Origin: a virus
Taxonomy: Duplodnaviria; Caudoviricetes
Length of the DNA: 50,724 nucleotides
IMG/VR virus record: IMGVR_UViG_3300027777_000051
Span: 1 to 50,724 of that record
Reading direction: 5' to 3' (one strand)
A program made the position numbers and the translations under genes. Shown here piece by piece: positions 36,405-45,339 of this stretch. The notes below the pieces were generated by a model. The model was not told the origin of the DNA. It saw only the letters and a program-made list of their open reading frames with translations, and searched no databases. How positions within the stretch are numbered: the first letter of the stretch is position 1; each line of letters opens with the position of its first letter.

Positions 36405-38324
36405 CTATTTCTGTTGTTGTGTTAGTTGTTTATACTGTTCTGCTGCTTGCTGAACAATTGGGAACGCATGAACTCGTCCTGTCTCAGAGAAGAACTCAGG
36501 ATGAGCAGCGAGATTAGTTATTCCACTACCAACTTGTTTTGCAATCCCCAATGCCTGTTGCATTTGCTGAGACTGTTGACTATTCTGTTGAGCCTTTTGC
36601 TGTTGCATCGCAGCAACATACTTCTGGGCAGAATCAGGAAACATCTTCTCTAATAGGTCAGTAAGGAACGGTTCAGCTGCACCAGTGTTTTGCATGATAG
36701 GCCATGCGCCTTGCATAGTCTGGATTAGCTGTTGTTTCTCAATAACATCTGTATCTCCAGAAGGCTTAACTGCCCAATCACGAGCATATAAAGCCGCAAT
36801 AGGTGGAGCAACTTTAATCAATCCTGCTAACACGCGAGACTTAATAATCCCAGACTCATAGACATATTGATTCTTAATCGCGATAGAGAATAGTGTCACC
36901 TGCACACCAGACAACTGTTGTTGCTGTTGCATTGATGCTTTGATAGCTGTAGCTGTCTTACGACTATCTTGTTGTCTATTCGACTCAGCAAAATTAACTT
37001 GTGACGTCTCTTGTTGGTTGGCAGATACTAGCAAGTTAATCGCAGTAAACATCTGCGGGTCTGGAGCGTCAAGTTTCATCTCTTTAAGCTTACCATTGAT
37101 GATAGCACCAGTCTTAAAATGAATGTTCTTCTGCATCAAGAAATCATCATTCGGGTCAGTAGTATCTTTTGAGAAGTATAATCCAGACGAACGTCTAGCT
37201 TGAGTAAGCGTAGACGACATTAGTGATGATGCAGCATTCTGCGTATCTTGGTCTAAGAATACCCGACCTTTGAGATTGCTAATCGTATCATTCTCCGAGA
37301 TAAGATACGGATACAGGAAATACGGATACTGAGTCTCATACTCTTCGTCAGACGGTGGTAGACCATCTTTCATCTGGGCGATATGAGAATCTTTAAGTGC
37401 CAGATTCATTCGTTTCACAGCATCAAGAGCAACTGTCCCACCAACTGGAACTTTAAGTGCCATACCTACCATCTGTGCAGACTTAGCAGCTTGTTGGTTA
37501 ATCTTCCTACGGCCAAGGAACAAAGGACGAGGTTTACGCAACCAATCATCACATATCACAGGACAAGCCCATCCTACCTGCACAACACCTTTAACTCGGA
37601 ACATAATCTTCATAACCTTGTATAGGCTACGATTGATAGTAGTTGTTCCAGAATATATCTGTGATTGCTCATCGTTCGGCTCTGACTTTAGCAGCTTACT
37701 AACCTGTTCTGTGTTCCACTTCTCTTCCTCATTTGACGATTTAGATAGTTGGTCGAGTTTAGTCTTAGTGAAGTAGTAGCTCCGACCAATCATCTCTGTC
37801 TTTTGAATGTCTCTCGTATCAGCGATGAAAGAGAAATCTCCATACTGCACATACTCCCGACCTAACTCTCCAGGATTATTTAAGTCCTGAACAGTCTCCA
37901 TTATACCATAACCATTAGCCTGAAATCCATCAATGTTCGCATACATTGATAGTTGCCAACCATCGAAACGTAACTTCTCAGTTAAGTCATTCTCTAACAT
38001 CGAAAGGTCTAACGAAGGGTCTTGACGGTCTTTCAATATCACTGCACGAGGGGACTGTGTGATATATTGAATATACGACGACTGCTCCCGACGGATGTTA
38101 GTGTCAATGATGTGCGTTGGCACATACATCTCGTCAGGTGCAATCTTACCAGCCTTACGCTGTGCTTCAATATCAACCTCAGCATAGCGCAGTTTACGCG
38201 ATGCGAGAGATTTAGCAGTCAAATCGAATGCTACATCTTTGAGGTTATTAATCTTAGACACTAACTTCTTATAGTCAGTGCTATTGATATATTCTAAGTT
38301 TTTATCAGCTCCAGCGTCAGGCAT
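36405..38324 (-). CDS. Portal protein
   Basis: About 640 aa between terminase and scaffold; KTATAI motif and Gln-rich C-terminus typical of podovirus portals; ATG at 38324. Confidence 0.8.
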   Translation of the reverse strand: MPDAGADKNLEYINSTDYKKLVSKINNLKDVAFDLTAKSLASRKLRYAEVDIEAQRKAGKIAPDEMYVPTHIIDTNIRREQSSYIQYITQSPRAVILKDRQDPSLDLSMLENDLTEKLRFDGWQLSMYANIDGFQANGYGIMETVQDLNNPGELGREYVQYGDFSFIADTRDIQKTEMIGRSYYFTKTKLDQLSKSSNEEEKWNTEQVSKLLKSEPNDEQSQIYSGTTTINRSLYKVMKIMFRVKGVVQVGWACPVICDDWLRKPRPLFLGRRKINQQAAKSAQMVGMALKVPVGGTVALDAVKRMNLALKDSHIAQMKDGLPPSDEEYETQYPYFLYPYLISENDTISNLKGRVFLDQDTQNAASSLMSSTLTQARRSSGLYFSKDTTDPNDDFLMQKNIHFKTGAIINGKLKEMKLDAPDPQMFTAINLLVSANQQETSQVNFAESNRQQDSRKTATAIKASMQQQQQLSGVQVTLFSIAIKNQYVYESGIIKSRVLAGLIKVAPPIAALYARDWAVKPSGDTDVIEKQQLIQTMQGAWPIMQNTGAAEPFLTDLLEKMFPDSAQKYVAAMQQQKAQQNSQQSQQMQQALGIAKQVGSGITNLAAHPEFFSETGRVHAFPIVQQAAEQYKQLTQQQK

Positions 38325-38340
38325 AGTATTAGTTAGTTGA

Positions 38341-38607
38341 TTATTTTGGCATATCTTCCGTCGTGAAATCATCAGTAGTCAACTTAGACTTCTTCTGTGA
38401 TTTCATGAGTTCTGACCGTTGTTCGTTCACTAGGTCAGCTAGAAAGTTAAGCTCAGCTAGAGTCTTAACACCATTTACCAGAGCCGAACACTCAGCTTGA
38501 AAAGACTCAGGAACTTTCACTCCTTCTTTCGTTTCAGTAGCTTCATTCTCTCCAGCATCTTCCTCTGGCGATTCAATGTCGTCTGGCGATTCAATGTCAT
38601 CTTGCAT
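38341..38607 (-). CDS. Acidic hypothetical protein
   Basis: ATG at 38607; tandem DDIESP repeat. Confidence 0.65.
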   Translation of the reverse strand: MQDDIESPDDIESPEEDAGENEATETKEGVKVPESFQAECSALVNGVKTLAELNFLADLVNEQRSELMKSQKKSKLTTDDFTTEDMPK

Positions 38608-38608
38608 A

Positions 38609-38785
38609 TTACTTCTTCGCCTCCGGTTGTTTAGGAGCTTCAACTTTCTTTTTCACTGGTGCACCAACCAACGAGTGCTTAGGATTCGGTGCAGCTACTT
38701 TAACATGCCAATCTTGAATAGCAGCAATCGATTCACGTTCAGTCAGTGGTTTCGTAGGAACAGTATGTTTGATATCTTCGGCCAT
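38609..38785 (-). CDS. Hypothetical protein (58 aa)
   Basis: Read by eye, MAEDIKHTVP...; fills the gap. Confidence 0.6.
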   Translation of the reverse strand: MAEDIKHTVPTKPLTERESIAAIQDWHVKVAAPNPKHSLVGAPVKKKVEAPKQPEAKK

Positions 38786-38790
38786 AATAG

Positions 38791-39105
38791 TTATTTAGTT
38801 GTTGGTTTAAGGACAGGGACAATAGCAGGTGTAGGTTCAGGTTTAGGCATAGTCGGAGCATGTTCCTTACCATCAGCACCCTTAACTAGCTTATGCAATT
38901 TCACCACCACATCACCTTGTTTAATCTCAAGAATATCTTCATTCGAATTACGAACAGTAATACGACCTTCTAGTGACGTATAACGGTTCATGTGGTTATT
39001 CATCGGTTTCACTTCTGACGGTAACGGTTGTCCACAAGCTGTGCAGCATTTAACCTCTGGCATCTTGATAAACGTCCGTTCACGGGGATTGTATGTTTCT
39101 GTCAT
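38791..39105 (-). CDS. Hypothetical protein
   Basis: CTACGQPL knuckle; operon packing. Confidence 0.65.
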   Translation of the reverse strand: MTETYNPRERTFIKMPEVKCCTACGQPLPSEVKPMNNHMNRYTSLEGRITVRNSNEDILEIKQGDVVVKLHKLVKGADGKEHAPTMPKPEPTPAIVPVLKPTTK

Positions 39106-39109
39106 AATA

Positions 39110-40972
39110 TTAGTTTCTTCCTACTAGTTGTTTCCGTTGTTTGTTATATGCAGACAACTCGTCCTGCAATTCTGTTAAGTTGTCTCGCTCGATATGTTCA
39201 GGTTGGTATGCCTGACGATGTGAGTTAGCCCAACTGTTAAGGTCGAAGTCTCCAACAACCTTTAAATCTTCATTATCCTCGTCTTTCTTCCTTTCGAAGG
39301 GTAGAACTAAATCTGCCTCTACTCTAGTTGATTTGTAATTCCAAAAGCAAAGATTCACCGCATCTGCACGGTCAGGAGAAGGATAACCCTTAGATTTCTG
39401 TTCTAACTTAGATAGTAACTGGTGGATGTTCTTGGTAGTAATCTTGTAATACCGTGTCGCCAGTTGAGTAGAAAGAGTCTTATCACTCATGAGAATTAGC
39501 TCATTCCTCTCTAACAAAAGTCGCATGTTAAAGAACAGTTCTGTCCCACGATTGGCGTATGTCTTAGGTTCTGATGCAGTATTACGAGAATCCACATACC
39601 GCATATTACTCCAACCTTTACGTTTCAGTGATTTTAACATCGGCCCACCCATACCACAGTAGTCACCGAATATCAGAGCGTTAGGATGATTCAAACCGTA
39701 AAACTTAAACTTCTCTTGTAGATACTCAATGGTATCTTCTGAATCTTCAAATCGAAAGGCCTCTAGCCCTATCAGCTTATTACCATTCCTCACAGCTAAT
39801 ACTGTCTCTGCCCCACCATCTGATAGGTCAAGCCCAGCAGTATTGTGTTCTTCTTGTAGCCATGTAATGTTCTCCGCTTTTACTGCTCGATGCACGAAAG
39901 ACGATGGTATAACTACCATCTCGTCAGTAGTCCCGAACTCAGCAAGGATAGACGACTTGAATACCACGTTTGACTTACCACCAGGCAATTTTGATGCTAT
40001 ACGTTCTATCTCAGAATGAGTAATATGAGCACATTGATAGGCTGTTACTAGATATCGGATTACTTGAGTGGAGTCGACTGATTTGATGTCTGATAGGGTG
40101 TTCCGGTCGATTGCTGACATGCAAGTGTTATAGAAGTAGCCAGCTGGGAGACCAGGACTTGAGGCATCGACACGATGTGTAAAGCCCGTGCAGCGTTCAA
40201 GGGCAGAGGTAATATCTTCTGGTATTGACTTGGTCTCGCTAGTAAATATTGCCATTTTCTTACCCGCATCGACAGGATGATACCCTTCTGCTTTCCCTGC
40301 TTCATCTGTGGCAAATAACTTAAGTTTGGAAGGCATTGGTTGACCGAGTTCTCCGACATGTTGGAATTCATAGTATCTATAGTTAATTTTCCATAGTTTA
40401 CCAAACACTGCATTCGCCTGATTACATAAACGGTCGATATGTGCACCAGTCTGATTGTCAAGCTGATTACCAGAACTCGACGTAATTGGACACTCCACTT
40501 CCCTATATCTCATACATAGCCACACTGCACAGGCCGCGATAATGTATTTATCTTTCCCTGACGAGTTACAAGCTTGAACTACGGCCTGAAATGGATACTC
40601 CTTCGTATGGTCATTCCTCGCGAAATCTAACATAAACTGTATCTGCCAGTCGTGTAGTTTCGTCTGACCTGACATAATATTCTCATCTAGCATCGTCAGG
40701 AGTTCCACTGGGTCAGCTATATCTACACCGTCAAAGTCATTAGTATGGACTGGACTGTTTCGCTTAGACATTGCGTCTGGTATAGAGAACGTAGGTGCAG
40801 GGGGTGAACTCGGCAATTCATCTTTCACTAAAGGAGAAGAACAACCCACTCCCTCAGACCCCTGCGTTTCAGCAATAGCGAGAGGAACAGATAAACTCTC
40901 ACCATCAGCTGAAAGCTTTGCTCCAGAATTAACCTTTTCGATTAACTCTTCTATGGAAATTTCATCAGACAT
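39110..40972 (-). CDS. Terminase large subunit
   Basis: LHDWQ, ACNSSGKD, ASSP, AEFG, nuclease GLDLSDGG, SPDRADA. Confidence 0.9.
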   Translation of the reverse strand: MSDEISIEELIEKVNSGAKLSADGESLSVPLAIAETQGSEGVGCSSPLVKDELPSSPPAPTFSIPDAMSKRNSPVHTNDFDGVDIADPVELLTMLDENIMSGQTKLHDWQIQFMLDFARNDHTKEYPFQAVVQACNSSGKDKYIIAACAVWLCMRYREVECPITSSSGNQLDNQTGAHIDRLCNQANAVFGKLWKINYRYYEFQHVGELGQPMPSKLKLFATDEAGKAEGYHPVDAGKKMAIFTSETKSIPEDITSALERCTGFTHRVDASSPGLPAGYFYNTCMSAIDRNTLSDIKSVDSTQVIRYLVTAYQCAHITHSEIERIASKLPGGKSNVVFKSSILAEFGTTDEMVVIPSSFVHRAVKAENITWLQEEHNTAGLDLSDGGAETVLAVRNGNKLIGLEAFRFEDSEDTIEYLQEKFKFYGLNHPNALIFGDYCGMGGPMLKSLKRKGWSNMRYVDSRNTASEPKTYANRGTELFFNMRLLLERNELILMSDKTLSTQLATRYYKITTKNIHQLLSKLEQKSKGYPSPDRADAVNLCFWNYKSTRVEADLVLPFERKKDEDNEDLKVVGDFDLNSWANSHRQAYQPEHIERDNLTELQDELSAYNKQRKQLVGRN

Positions 40973-41381
40973 TTATCGCTCGTTGTCCTTTAATCCTGTC
41001 CGCAACTTCTCTCACCTGTTTCATCTTCTCGTTTATCATTAGAATATTGAAGTTCTGGCCACCAATATTCTTCACTACGTCTTTCCGTCCTTTCGCATCG
41101 TCACGAATATATACCAGAGCCTTAAACCTTAGATGGTCATCCTCTGCGCCCAGACCAATATCAAGTAGTGCATCTTTCACTCGTTGCTGTTCGTCACGCG
41201 AGAAATTTAGTGTATCTTCTTCCTCTTCCTCTTTACCACAAGCTTTACGATAGTTCGCAGAGACTTGCATCAGTCCAGCCTTAACAGCAGCTAAGTCAAG
41301 TCCTCTATCATCTGCTATCTCCTCAGGAGTCATATTCTCCTGCTCGTATGCAGTTTTAATTGTGGTAAGTTCAGCGGTCAT
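40965..41381 (-). CDS. Terminase small subunit (putative)
   Basis: HTH-like MTPEEIADDRGLDLAAVK; directly upstream of and overlapping terL. Confidence 0.65.
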   Translation of the reverse strand: MTAELTTIKTAYEQENMTPEEIADDRGLDLAAVKAGLMQVSANYRKACGKEEEEEDTLNFSRDEQQRVKDALLDIGLGAEDDHLRFKALVYIRDDAKGRKDVVKNIGGQNFNILMINEKMKQVREVADRIKGQRAINV

Positions 41382-41626
41382 TTGTGCATTCCATGTCCGG
41401 GTAATGGTCTATTTAATACTTCTTCCTCATCCATCTTTGCCAACGACTCTTCTTGTTTCATTAGTTTCGTATACGCTACCGCACGCAATACTGCATCCAT
41501 CTCGGGTTTAGTATGAGTATCAGATGGGTCTCTCGTAAGATACGCTTTCGCCGATGCTTTAGTGCTCATATCAATCACTTTCATCGGTTTGATTTCCTCT
41601 GTATTCGTGTGTAGAATTAGTGACAT
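41378..41626 (-). CDS. Hypothetical protein
   Basis: ATGA overlap with the putative terS. Confidence 0.65.
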   Translation of the reverse strand: MSLILHTNTEEIKPMKVIDMSTKASAKAYLTRDPSDTHTKPEMDAVLRAVAYTKLMKQEESLAKMDEEEVLNRPLPGHGMHK

Positions 41627-41734
41627 ATGATGTATTAAAGCGCGGAGGGTGGGTTTTGAGGAATCATTTTAGTCACATCAATCAAACGTATTTCAGTCTG
41701 AGAGATAGACTCTTTGAACCCCGAAGGATTAAGA

Positions 41735-41905
41735 TTATCCAGTTTTGTGGTATCGTTCATAATGAGCGTCTTTCAATTGTTGTCGTATGTTCGTTAGTTG
41801 TTCTTCAACCATCATCCGGTGTTTCGGTATAAGTTTCGTCTGTTGCATTTCCACTAACTTATCTCTCTCATCTACCAATCTCTTATACTCTGCTTCTGTT
41901 AGCAT
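41735..41905 (-). CDS. Hypothetical protein (56 aa), first gene of the late arm
   Basis: Read by eye, MLTEAEYKRLVDERDKL... Confidence 0.55.
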   Translation of the reverse strand: MLTEAEYKRLVDERDKLVEMQQTKLIPKHRMMVEEQLTNIRQQLKDAHYERYHKTG

Positions 41906-41916
41906 ACGTCATACGT

Positions 41917-41932
41917 AGCAAGAACCATGCCA
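41917..41932 (-). promoter_or_regulatory. Sigma54 promoter TGGCATGGTTCTTGCT heading the late arm
   Basis: Consensus match at the start of the minus-strand operon. Confidence 0.9.
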
Positions 41933-41981
41933 ACTACATATAACTCTTAATATCTCTCCATCTCAACTCTCCAGACAAGGA

Positions 41982-41999
41982 TTGTTAATAGTTATATTA
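41982..41999 (-). promoter_or_regulatory. 18-bp promoter-associated motif TAATATAACTATTAACAA
   Basis: 49 nt upstream of the late sigma54 box; degenerate inverted copy at 41936-41953. Confidence 0.7.
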
Positions 42000-42119
42000 T
42001 ATTTCTGGTTTTTAGATTGGTTGTATTGGGAGAGAGGTATAGTTCATCAACCGCTTCCGCTTTCTGGTTTTCTGATATGGTTAGACTTTCTAATGTCCAT
42101 GTCGTTGTCATTTGATATA

Positions 42120-42233
42120 CTACTATTAGCCTATCTACTATTAGACAAACTACTATTAGTCCATTGAATGACGTGGATACTATTAGTCCATTGAATTGTT
42201 TATCAGACATAATATAATCTAATTGTTTATCAG
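42120..42233. repeat. Short direct-repeat cluster next to an AT-rich tract
   Basis: CTACTATTAG at 42120, 42135, 42150; TACTATTAGTCCATTGAAT at 42151 and 42178; AATTGTTTATCAG at 42194 and 42221. Confidence 0.8.
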
Positions 42234-42624
42234 GTAGTATAAGTTAATAACTTATTAAGGAAAATTATTAAGTTTTATTAATACAATAAATAATAATAAA
42301 TAAAAATCTACTAACAAGAATATAAGAGAGAATGATAAACAATAGGATTATATTACGGATGATAAACAAATGTAATAGTGTGACAAATGTCGGATATAGT
42401 GTGATAGTTGGCATGGATAATGATACGTTACCGATAATAATGGGCATATAATAGGGTAGTGTATTGTATTGAACATTACGGGCAAATATAAACAGTTTGT
42501 AAGTGATTGAATAACAAGGATTTACAATGGCAAGTGTATAAATAAATACATTGTGCCAACATTTGACACTGTGCCAATATGTCCCTTTAACGGTAAAGGC
42601 TAGGGAATGTGCATAGTGTATAGT

Positions 42625-42640
42625 TGGCATGGGCGTTGCT
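42625..42640 (+). promoter_or_regulatory. Sigma54 promoter TGGCATGGGCGTTGCT heading the plus-strand arm
   Basis: Consensus spacing GG-N10-GC; intergenic; co-oriented. Confidence 0.8.
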
Positions 42641-43065
42641 ATATGTCTTTTGCCGTATGGAACATATTGGTAGTGCAGACGGCCATTACCTACAATAGCC
42701 AAGTAATCGCATAGTGAAGTTTAGCGACTAACGGGAATTGCCACGATAACAAGTAATTGCATATGCTAGGTTTAACCTAGTGACGTGTTGAAATAGTGCA
42801 TAGTAGAACTGGCAAGGTGAAGTTAGCGAAGCGATAATGACATTTATCAGGATAAAAGGCTATGATGCGATAGAATGAAACGTGAGAACAGTATGGGCGG
42901 ATAATACCCGCTCCATGATTGCGCGTTGTCACCTATCAAATTGTTAATTCATTGGCTTTAGCTTGCTAATGGTTAGCCAACTATCCGTTTGCCTATTAGT
43001 CTAGTAACTGTGTTACTAGCTTGGCAAGGCTGATAGTTAAACTAACCATTGGAAAACAAGTTAAT

Positions 43066-43647
43066 ATGTCAAAAGCAATCGCACAATCCACAGACGTAAT
43101 TGCCAAGTCAGTATTGCCGGAAAATGAATTCCCGTTTGCAGAAGTTCTGGCAAAGTTGGCAAAAACAAATAGCACAGTGTCTAGCGTGAAACGGAAATTG
43201 AACTTGAACAAACAGTCCTTGCGTGATTCATTAAAAAATGAATTCGTTGGAGCGTATGTTTCAGTTTATGATAACGGATTTGTCCCGTCTAATGTATGGG
43301 ACAAAATTTGTTTTGAAGTTGACAACTTCATTGCAAATTCCATTAACACAATTAACGCTGGAAACGTAATTAGCACAGTGTCCCGTTTCCGTTTTGACAC
43401 TAAAATGGGCGTGGTAAAATTGCGCCACACTAACATCGGTGAAGATAACTTGTCATTGTCAGAGCAGCGATTTGGACTTGTCTGTTTAATCACAGACGCG
43501 GAAAAATCATTGCACAGATTGCAAGTTAATCCGTTACCCGATTTGTCCAAAATTACCACAGCAACGGGCAAACTTGAAAGTTTGAAAGTTGCCAAGCTGG
43601 AAATTGAAGCGGAAATTATTCGTCAACAGCAGTTAGCCATTAGCTAA
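43066..43647 (+). CDS. Hypothetical protein (193 aa) enclosed by a long inverted repeat
   Basis: ATG at 43066 preferred over the TTG start; no recognisable motif. Confidence 0.7.
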   Translation: MSKAIAQSTDVIAKSVLPENEFPFAEVLAKLAKTNSTVSSVKRKLNLNKQSLRDSLKNEFVGAYVSVYDNGFVPSNVWDKICFEVDNFIANSINTINAGNVISTVSRFRFDTKMGVVKLRHTNIGEDNLSLSEQRFGLVCLITDAEKSLHRLQVNPLPDLSKITTATGKLESLKVAKLEIEAEIIRQQQLAIS

Positions 43648-43689
43648 TTCAAACAAACTAGCCATTAGCAGGTTAAATCCAATGAATTA

Positions 43690-44365
43690 CACAATCAAAT
43701 GTAAAAAAGACGAAACAGCATTTAATCAAGCGTGATTCTATTCACGCCTTATTCTGTTCACGTCTCTTTTGTGCTGCCGACATTGCAGCATGGTGCTTAC
43801 GCAAACTTACACGCTACCAACAGAGTCAAATCTGTTAGTCTGATAAGGATTGATTTGTAACAGAGTCAAAACTCCTTGCTTTGTAAGATAACAGGATAAC
43901 AACAGCAAATACGTGGATGAAACTACCACGAACCATAGACAGAATCATTGTGCGAAGTCATAAAATTCGTGCATAAGGACAACGCAATAGATATACCATT
44001 CGGGTATTCTATAATGTTACCAGAAGCTAGGCAAATGAAGAACATCCAACAAAGTAGCTATGGGTTATCAATGATTTAGAACATGAAGATAGAGATAGTT
44101 CGCGTCTATCCTACTCACACAGTAGGACACGAACACAACACGCCACACAATACGACGTGTCATTAAAATGAAAGCAGAGGAAACTTGCCATAACCGAGGT
44201 CATAAGACAAGGGAATTGCGAAAGGCAATTTATGGATTAAGAAGTGTCCGACAACAAAGAGTAATTTTAATGAATCTAGCCGAAACCCTGCATACGAAAT
44301 TTGCAGTAGGGTAGGATAGACGCTAATTATCACTAACCAATCCCTCGACGCAATGTCTAGGGGAA
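43690..44365 (+). ncRNA. Putative large structured ncRNA
   Basis: No credible ORF; long-range GCGTCTATCCTAC/GTAGGATAGACGC and CATTAAAAT/ATTTTAATG pairs plus many local hairpins. Confidence 0.55.
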
Positions 44366-44379
44366 ACAACTAAACTTCT

Positions 44380-44568
44380 ATGAACGGATTTACATATTGC
44401 ACGAAATGTAAGAAATGGTCATACATACCTAAAGACTTTGACGAACGTCACCACTTTGTTACTTGTCAATGTGGACAGATTATGTGTTTACAACGTCGGT
44501 TAGACCCAATTCGTGACCTTGCTTACAGACTTAGTGACAGAGTTGAAGGAAAGATTTGTAACCAATAA
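44380..44568 (+). CDS. Zn-ribbon hypothetical protein
   Basis: CTKC and CQCG. Confidence 0.6.
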   Translation: MNGFTYCTKCKKWSYIPKDFDERHHFVTCQCGQIMCLQRRLDPIRDLAYRLSDRVEGKICNQ

Positions 44569-44570
44569 CC

Positions 44571-45050
44571 ATGCAAACCTTCTTACCCTATCCAGACTTC
44601 GCACAATCAGCTGCTTGTCTCGATAACAAACGTCTAGGCAAACAGCGAGTTGAGTGTTTACAGATTTTGAATGTTCTATCGAAAGAACGGACAGAAGTAG
44701 TTCAACGTCCGAATAACCAAGGTATAGTAGTTGCAGTAGTCCGTAATACTCCATGGTATAATCACCCAGCAGTTAGGATGTGGAGAGGATACAGTGAATG
44801 TTTAGTTCACTATTCTGATGCTATCTGTAATGAGTGGAAGTTCAACCGTGGATTTGAGGATACTTGTCTTACAAAAATGTATGCTATGTTTGGTGGTCAA
44901 ATCATTATGACACCACCTAGACCACCTTGGCTCGGCAACGAATCATTCCACTCCTCTCATCGTTCTAATTTACTCCGTAAAGACCGCGTCCACTACTCCC
45001 AATTCGGATGGACAGAACCAACCAACCTACCTTATGTGTGGCCTGTGTAA
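44571..45050 (+). CDS. Pyrimidine-dimer glycosylase-like protein (MSMEG_6728/DenV superfamily)
   Basis: MQTFLPY, LDNKRLGKQRVE, NHPAVRMWRGY, PPWLG, HRSNLLRKD, LPYVWP. Confidence 0.85.
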   Translation: MQTFLPYPDFAQSAACLDNKRLGKQRVECLQILNVLSKERTEVVQRPNNQGIVVAVVRNTPWYNHPAVRMWRGYSECLVHYSDAICNEWKFNRGFEDTCLTKMYAMFGGQIIMTPPRPPWLGNESFHSSHRSNLLRKDRVHYSQFGWTEPTNLPYVWPV

Positions 45051-45288
45051 TAATCCCATCGAATCAGCCCGACAAGATATAGGTCTAACAATCTGTTTCT
45101 CTTGTGCCTCTAAACATGTCACAAAAGTCAAAGGTGACATGAATTATGCCCATAAGACTGCTCCGACTCTAATGGTAATGAGCAACGAAACTTTTCGTAA
45201 TTACCGTAGATATGTCCCATACGGTAAATATACTGGTCGCGGTTCTGGGACACACAAAATGACCACACAATTAGTATCATTGAAATAG
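45034..45288 (+). CDS. C4 zinc-finger protein (DksA/TraR-like finger)
   Basis: CGLCNNPIESAR-x7-CFSC. Confidence 0.6.
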   Translation: MCGLCNNPIESARQDIGLTICFSCASKHVTKVKGDMNYAHKTAPTLMVMSNETFRNYRRYVPYGKYTGRGSGTHKMTTQLVSLK

Positions 45289-45290
45289 CC

Positions 45291-45308
45291 TTGTTAGTAG
45301 TTATATTA
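45291..45308 (-). promoter_or_regulatory. 18-bp promoter-associated motif TAATATAACTACTAACAA (inverted relative to promoter)
   Basis: 3 nt from the sigma54 box at 45312. Confidence 0.7.
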
Positions 45309-45311
45309 ACT

Positions 45312-45327
45312 TGGCACGATTCCTGCT
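45312..45327 (+). promoter_or_regulatory. Sigma54 promoter TGGCACGATTCCTGCT
   Basis: Near-consensus, intergenic, precedes the ncRNA cluster. Confidence 0.85.
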
Positions 45328-45339
45328 ACCTAGTATCTT

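Noticed and set aside
42409-42424. Eighth sigma54 site TGGCATGGATAATGAT
   Set aside because: Good -24 box but GA replaces the conserved -12 GC; not counted, though it may be a weak or decayed duplicate of 42625
42268-42702. 144-aa minus-strand ORF
   Set aside because: TTG start, composition driven by the AT-rich tract, overlaps a promoter
43835-44200. Hammerhead ribozyme, RNase P or tmRNA identity for the structured region
   Set aside because: CTGATAAG and GAGGAAAC only loosely resemble the cores and the required flanking helices were not found
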